Origin: Bdellovibrionales bacterium
Lineage (GTDB): Bacteria > Bdellovibrionota > Bdellovibrionia > Bdellovibrionales > JAGQZY01
Direction: 5' to 3'
Assembly (NCBI GenBank): GCA_964230645.1
Contig: CAXRHT010000001.1
Coordinates: forward strand, 384,001-448,000
DNA: 64,000 bases
In this document: positions 58,629-64,000 of the stretch, one piece after another
How positions within the stretch are numbered: the first letter of the stretch is position 1
How the letters are laid out: every line of letters starts with the position of its first letter
The notes under the pieces: generated by a model
Told to the model about the DNA's origin: nothing
Seen by the model: only the letters and a program-made list of their open reading frames with translations
The model's database searches: none
Program-made: the position numbers and the translations under genes

Positions 58629-58808
58629 CCACTCCTTGGCTAAGTGTCGGCAAAAATTGCGGAAGCTTTTGGTGAAGGCACGCACCCGGGTGCACTTCGT
58701 CTCCCGGGTTGCACCACTTCGTGGCGCAACCCAAGATACGCAGCGCTCGTTGCTCGAGCCTTCTCCAAAAGCTTCCGCAATTTTTGCCGACACTTAGCCA
58801 AGGAGTGG
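58629..58808. repeat. 180-bp element with 51-bp terminal inverted repeats (MITE-like or structured RNA)
   Basis: 58629-58679 is the reverse complement of 58758-58808 with one mismatch; internal GC-rich hairpins. Confidence 0.85.
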
Positions 58809-58932
58809 TGATTTTCTTTTTTGTTTTTTACTTAAGAAAGTTATTGGGCTTGAGTGGCGGAGTCGGTAACTTATTTTGGAAAGGGGCTCATTTTTTTTAA
58901 GATCTTTCCTCTATAGCCCATCATCCTTTTTG

Positions 58933-60840
58933 CTATTGAGGCTCTGGGGAAGGGTCGGCTTCTTCCGTTGGAGGGGGATTTAGTTTTTTTAGGATGTTTT
59001 CGGCCGTTTTTGATGTGAGGCCAGGGACTAATTTTAGCTCATCAATAGTTTTGGTTTTTATTTCGGAAACGGAGCCGTATTTATTGAGTAATCGTTTTAT
59101 GAGGGTTGGGCCCAGGCCTTTTATTTCGTCAAGTTCTGAGCCGAAGCTGTGATTGTCTCTTAGTTTCCTGTGGTAGCTGATCGCGAAACGGTGGGCTTCA
59201 TCTCTTAGACCGACTAGGATTTTAAAAGGTTCTGAGCCTTCGGCAAAAGTGACGGGGTTTTGTCTTCCGGGGAGATAGAATCTTTCAGCCGATCTTTCTA
59301 CCTGTTCGCCTTGGAAGTTTCGTTTGGTTCTTTCTTTAGCTAGGCCCACAACGGGAATATAGGTTTTTTCTAGCTCCTTTAAAACTTTAACGGCGGCGTT
59401 GAGCTGGCCTTTTCCTCCGTCGATGATCATTAGATCGGGCTCTTCCCATTCTTCATGAGCGAGCCTTCTTTTTAGTACTTCCATAAGGGCTGCGTAATCG
59501 TCACCGCCTGTTTTTGCTTTGATTTTGTATCTTCGATAGTGATCTTTACTGAAAGCGCCCTTTTCGCTTACCACTTGTGAGCCCACGCTCTCGGCTCCTT
59601 GGAAGTGGGAAATATCGAAACACTCGATTCTAAAAGGAGGTTCTTTTAAATGGAGTTTTTTGGCAATCACTTCCAGAGCTTGGTGTTTTTTTCTGGATTT
59701 TGAAACTTGAGCTTCGAAATGACTTTTGGCATTTTTAGTGGCCATTTCTACAAGTTTTTGACCTTGTACATGGGTGGGAAAAGTTAGGTTAACTGAAGAG
59801 TGACCCCGATGTTTAAATACGTCTTCTAAAAGTTTTATAATGTCTCTTCCAAGATCCGTGGGAAGATAGATTTCGTCAGGCACAATGTTTTCTTGATAAT
59901 ACTGGTTAATGAAAGAAGGAAGCCATTCTCTGATGTCATCGCCGTCGCTTTCAGGGTCAATTTGAGAGAAAAATTGATTTCTCTGACCGATCACTCTCCC
60001 CTGCCTTATATGGAGAGTTTCAATGAGTGTGCCTCTTTGATCACCATAAAAGCCAATGACATCTTGATTGTTAGTCGCCTTGGAATTAACAACGGCTTGC
60101 TTCTCAAGAACTCTTTCAATAGCGGCAATACTGTCACGGAACTTTGCTGCTAACTCGAATTTTTCTTCTTCGGCCAATTGAAGCATTTCTTTTTTCAGTT
60201 TTTTAATCACCGATGTGGTTTCTTTTTCTAAAAACTTTTTAGCCCTTTTTACCTGCTTGCCATACTCCTTTTCATCAACAAGGTCCACACAGGGAGCGGT
60301 ACAGGCCCCAATTTGATGGGTCATGCAAGGTCGCTTTCTCGCTTTCATAAAATGATCAGCACAATCTCTTATTTGAAAAGACTGGTTTAAAAAACGGATT
60401 GTGTTTCTTACCACATAGCCACTGGTGTAGGGTCCGAAATATTGGGAGCCGTCGTTGATGACCTTTCGCGCTAGATAAAATCTTGGGAAGGCATCACTGA
60501 GACTCAAGCGTATATAAGGATAAGCCTTATCGTCCTTAAGCCTGATGTTATAGCGAGGCCTATGTTTTTTAATGAGGGAGGCTTCTAATAGAAAAGCTTC
60601 GGCTTCTGTTTCAGTAAGTATATAATCAATGTTTTGAATATTACGGACGAGAAGCTGAGTTTTTGTATGCGCAAGATTAGGGTTAAGGTAACTACGGACA
60701 CGACTGCGCAGTCTGACCGCTTTTCCTACATATATAATTTTATCACTGGCGTTTTTCATTAGATAAACACCAGGAGTCTGTGGAAAATCAGAGACCTTTA
60801 GCTTTAGGCTTTCAATGCGCTCTTCGTTTTTCTTATTCAT
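58933..60840 (-). CDS. uvrC: Excinuclease ABC subunit C
   Basis: PGVYLMK..IIYVGKA..LR.RV.SY, PRYNIRLKDDK.YPY, RIECFDISH, IDGGKGQL, RDEAHRFA, C-terminal HhH. Confidence 0.97.
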   Translation of the reverse strand: MNKKNEERIESLKLKVSDFPQTPGVYLMKNASDKIIYVGKAVRLRSRVRSYLNPNLAHTKTQLLVRNIQNIDYILTETEAEAFLLEASLIKKHRPRYNIRLKDDKAYPYIRLSLSDAFPRFYLARKVINDGSQYFGPYTSGYVVRNTIRFLNQSFQIRDCADHFMKARKRPCMTHQIGACTAPCVDLVDEKEYGKQVKRAKKFLEKETTSVIKKLKKEMLQLAEEEKFELAAKFRDSIAAIERVLEKQAVVNSKATNNQDVIGFYGDQRGTLIETLHIRQGRVIGQRNQFFSQIDPESDGDDIREWLPSFINQYYQENIVPDEIYLPTDLGRDIIKLLEDVFKHRGHSSVNLTFPTHVQGQKLVEMATKNAKSHFEAQVSKSRKKHQALEVIAKKLHLKEPPFRIECFDISHFQGAESVGSQVVSEKGAFSKDHYRRYKIKAKTGGDDYAALMEVLKRRLAHEEWEEPDLMIIDGGKGQLNAAVKVLKELEKTYIPVVGLAKERTKRNFQGEQVERSAERFYLPGRQNPVTFAEGSEPFKILVGLRDEAHRFAISYHRKLRDNHSFGSELDEIKGLGPTLIKRLLNKYGSVSEIKTKTIDELKLVPGLTSKTAENILKKLNPPPTEEADPSPEPQ

Positions 60841-60870
60841 TCACTCGGGCTAGTTCGTCGGTTAAATGTT

Positions 60871-62889
60871 TTAAGAACCGAGATTTCCATCAAGAATTTC
60901 CAGTTGTAAAATCTCAAGTCGCTTTATCTTATCACGGAATCGGGCCGCCTCTTCAAACTCTAAATTATCGGAAGCCTTTTTCATTTTCTTGCGAAGCTCT
61001 TTAACCTCTTTACTGATTTCTCCAGGATTTTCGACAATCTTATCCAGATCCTTTTGCTTACCGGGCTTTCTCGTGGAATGCGCTTCGTAAATTTCGACCA
61101 ATCCTTCCGAAATCTTTTTGGTAATCGTTTGCGGTGTGATCCCATGCTCTCTATTGTGCTCTAATTGAATCTTACGACGCCGGGCTGTTTCGTCCATGGC
61201 TTTTTCCATGGACTTTGTTACTCGGTCAGCATAAAGGATCACACGTCCCTCAGAATTCCTGGCCGCTCGTCCAATTGTTTGAATCAAAGAGCGCTCTGAC
61301 CTTAAAAAACCCTCTTTATCGGCATCGGTGATCGCCACCAAACTCACCTCTGGGATATCAAGTCCCTCTCTTAAAAGGTTAATACCCACCAGAACATCAA
61401 AGAGTCCTAAACGAAGATCTCTGATGATTTCACTTCGCTCCACCGTTTTAATATCACTGTGCAGATATTTAACTTTAATCCCTACTCCACTCAGATAAGA
61501 CGTCAAATCTTCGGAGCTTTTTTTAGTAAGAGTCGTTACTAGTACTCTTTCTTTTTTCTTCACACGCTTTCTGATCTCACCTAAAAGATCATCCACCTGA
61601 GTGGTCGCAGGCCTGACTTCTACCAACGGATCGACAAGACCTGTCGGACGAATAATCTGCTCGACAATGTGATTAGGACACTTTTGTTTTTCGTAATCAC
61701 CGGGTGTGGCAGAAACGTAAACCACCTTATCCATAAGCTTTTCAAACTCTTGAAAATTAAGAGGACGGTTATCAAGGGCTGAAGGCAAACGAAAACCATG
61801 CTCCACAAGAGTCGACTTTCTGGCTCTATCTCCACGATACATCCCACCAATCTGTGGAACCGTCACATGAGACTCATCAATAAAGGTTACAAAATCACTG
61901 GGAAAATACTCTAAAAGAGTCGGAGGAGGCTCACCTTCAGCACGCCCAGTGAAGTGGCGCGAATAATTCTCAATGCCCTGGCAAAATCCGAGCTCTTCGA
62001 TCATCTCGATATCGTAGTAAGTTCTTTGCTCTAGCCTCTTGGCTTCATCATACTTCATATTTTCTTTAAGAAAGGCCAGACGCTCTTGCAACTCAGCTTG
62101 AATGGTTTTAATCGCTCTTTTTTGCTGTTCGTCGGTATTAACGTGATGGCTTCCTGGATAAATAGCAATCTGGTCGAGCTCTTCGAAGACTTCCCCGGTC
62201 AAAGGGTCAAACCAGTGAATCTTTTCAACAAAGTCTCCAAAAAATTCGATACGGATCACTTTTGAGTCTTCATAGGGAGGAAAAATATCAACAACGTCTC
62301 CCCTTACCCGAAAAGTTCCACGGTGAAAATCATGATCCCCACGAGTGTAAAGGATACGAACAAGTTCTCTTAAGAGATGATCACGCTTAAGCTCCCTGTT
62401 ACTAAACACCTGAACCAGCATCCCTTCATAAGCTTCAGGACTTCCCAAACCGTAAATACAGGAAACACTACTAACAATAATCACATCTTTACGATCAAGA
62501 AGTGAATGGGTGGCCGAGTGCCTCATGCGATCAATTTGCTCGTTAATCGCGGAATCTTTTTCAATATAGGTGTCAGTCGTCGGAATATAAGCTTCTGGCT
62601 GATAGTAGTCGTAGTAACTGACAAAGTACTCCACCGCATTTTTAGGAAAGAGTTCTTTAAACTCTACAAAAAGTTGAGCCGCTAATGTTTTGTTGGGTGC
62701 CAAAATCAGAGCAGGTCGACCTAATTTTTCAATCACATGAGCCATGGTAAAAGTTTTACCACTCCCCGTAACTCCTAAAAGAGTCTGGTGATGCTCTCCT
62801 CCATTAAAACTTGAAACGAGGGTTTCTATAGCTTTAGGCTGATCACCCGATGGTTTGTACTCACTCTCGATCTGAAAAATTTTACCCAT
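60871..62889 (-). CDS. uvrB: Excinuclease ABC subunit B
   Basis: [62 protein letters not shown] domain. Confidence 0.98.
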   Translation of the reverse strand: MGKIFQIESEYKPSGDQPKAIETLVSSFNGGEHHQTLLGVTGSGKTFTMAHVIEKLGRPALILAPNKTLAAQLFVEFKELFPKNAVEYFVSYYDYYQPEAYIPTTDTYIEKDSAINEQIDRMRHSATHSLLDRKDVIIVSSVSCIYGLGSPEAYEGMLVQVFSNRELKRDHLLRELVRILYTRGDHDFHRGTFRVRGDVVDIFPPYEDSKVIRIEFFGDFVEKIHWFDPLTGEVFEELDQIAIYPGSHHVNTDEQQKRAIKTIQAELQERLAFLKENMKYDEAKRLEQRTYYDIEMIEELGFCQGIENYSRHFTGRAEGEPPPTLLEYFPSDFVTFIDESHVTVPQIGGMYRGDRARKSTLVEHGFRLPSALDNRPLNFQEFEKLMDKVVYVSATPGDYEKQKCPNHIVEQIIRPTGLVDPLVEVRPATTQVDDLLGEIRKRVKKKERVLVTTLTKKSSEDLTSYLSGVGIKVKYLHSDIKTVERSEIIRDLRLGLFDVLVGINLLREGLDIPEVSLVAITDADKEGFLRSERSLIQTIGRAARNSEGRVILYADRVTKSMEKAMDETARRRKIQLEHNREHGITPQTITKKISEGLVEIYEAHSTRKPGKQKDLDKIVENPGEISKEVKELRKKMKKASDNLEFEEAARFRDKIKRLEILQLEILDGNLGS

Positions 62890-62892
62890 AAA

Positions 62893-64000
62893 CTACTTAT
62901 CACCTCGACATTGCTTCACTCGTGCAATCAAAGACTCTCTTTCAATTAGTGGCACAAGACTTTTTAAGTCCGCCCCATGAGGTTTACCAATCACCGCCAC
63001 TCGGATCGGCATAAAAAGCTGTTTACCCTTAACCCCTACTTTTTCTTTAACGTGATTTTGTGCTTCATCAAATTCCTCGGGTGTCAGGTACATATTGTGA
63101 TGCTTTTTTAGTTCTTCTTCCCAAGCATTAAAAACCTCGGGGGTTGTTTCCCAAGCGATCACCTCGTCGGCCTCTTCAGTCACTTCAAAGAGTTTTCCAT
63201 CAATGGGTCTGAAGAGCTCAGGAGCATCGGCCAGGGTTTCCATTTTTGGTTTAAAGATTTCAAGAGACTTGTGGATGAAATCCTCATTTTCGGGAAGGCT
63301 AATGTTTTCTTTTTCAAAAAGAGGCTTTAAATGATTCCAGAGCTTCTGATTTTCAAGAGCGCGCAAGTGGACCGAATTCATCCATTTGAATTTCTCTTGA
63401 TCAAACACAGCCCCTGCGGTGTGAAGCCTAGTTCCGTCAAACTTTTCCATCAATTCTTCTTCACTCAGAATTTCTTGATCGTTTCCAGGAGACCACCCCA
63501 AAAGAGCCACAAAGTTTAATAAGGCCTGAGGAAGATAACCTGTTTCTCGATACTGATTACAACTTGTAGCACCATGGCGTTTACTCAGTTTTTGTTTATC
63601 GGCCCCTAAAATCAAAGAGAGGTGACCAAACTGAGGAAGCTTAAACCCTAGAGCTTCATAAATCATTTTTTGTCTTAGAGTGTTTGATAAATGCTCTTCG
63701 GCTCGAAACACATGAGTGATCTCCATAAGGGCATCATCAATAGCGCAGCAAAAGTTATAAACAGGCATTCCATTTGAACGCATAAGAATAAAGTCACTGA
63801 CCATGTCTTCTGGCAAACGGACTTCACCTCTGACTAAATCTTCAATCACATGATCCTCTTTACCATCGACTTTAAAACGAACAGCCGCAGGCACACCTTC
63901 TCTTACCTTTTTTTGAGCCTCTTCAAACGGAAGGATATTGTCGGGACGAGGAATTCTTGTAAATTTCTCTGAGGCTTGTTTGATTTTTTCTAATTCTTCA
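62893..64000 (-). CDS. gltX: Glutamate--tRNA ligase (5'-truncated by the window end)
   Basis: DF.LMRSNGMPVYNF...DD..M.ITHV.R.EEHLSNT, KLSKRHG, LLGWS, anticodon-binding domain LFMPIRVA; frame open to 64000. Confidence 0.95.
   Translation of the reverse strand, partial: EELEKIKQASEKFTRIPRPDNILPFEEAQKKVREGVPAAVRFKVDGKEDHVIEDLVRGEVRLPEDMVSDFILMRSNGMPVYNFCCAIDDALMEITHVFRAEEHLSNTLRQKMIYEALGFKLPQFGHLSLILGADKQKLSKRHGATSCNQYRETGYLPQALLNFVALLGWSPGNDQEILSEEELMEKFDGTRLHTAGAVFDQEKFKWMNSVHLRALENQKLWNHLKPLFEKENISLPENEDFIHKSLEIFKPKMETLADAPELFRPIDGKLFEVTEEADEVIAWETTPEVFNAWEEELKKHHNMYLTPEEFDEAQNHVKEKVGVKGKQLFMPIRVAVIGKPHGADLKSLVPLIERESLIARVKQCRGDK

Noticed and set aside
58543..58900. Short ORFs across the 51-bp inverted repeat
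   Set aside because: Both strands give the same peptide (QKLPQFLPTLSQGV) because of the palindrome; artefactual

Overview
Chromosomal window of a Gram-negative bacterium, most likely a Bdellovibrionota (Bdellovibrionales-like) predator. The lineage call is inferred from the 2790-aa S74-capped fibre adhesin, the FQNC-type lipoprotein signal and the tandem VWA lipoproteins. Left part: end of a carotenoid locus (lycopene cyclase domain, ABC-2 transporter, crtZ), TetR regulator, ATP-grasp and MBL hydrolase genes, three tandem Ig-VWA lipoproteins, the giant fibre adhesin, a deoC + split ALDH16-like operon, ampG, an ABC-F ATPase, glnS and an exported amidinotransferase-fold deiminase. Centre (31.3-44.3 kb): the most unusual region, 11 co-oriented minus-strand genes. 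It combines a VTC polyphosphate-polymerase domain protein and a DUF4956-HlyD-TolC-like triplet with several signal-peptide-bearing phosphotransfer enzymes: a Fam20/CotH-like atypical kinase, a His-swivel + ATP-grasp dikinase in glucan-water-dikinase domain order, a PTP-fold protein lacking the P-loop Arg, a metallophosphoesterase and a NAGPA-like phosphodiester glycosidase. I propose this as a candidate extracytoplasmic (poly)phosphate export and phosphorylation system. Right part: mostly housekeeping genes (comM/yifB, tRNA-Cys, Xer recombinase, SpoIID/LytB, NfeD-slipin, NucA-type nuclease, uvrC, uvrB, gltX). Also present: three copies of a REP-like palindromic element, one 51-bp inverted-repeat element, and candidate sigma28-type promoters. 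All calls come from motif recognition by eye; no database searches were run.
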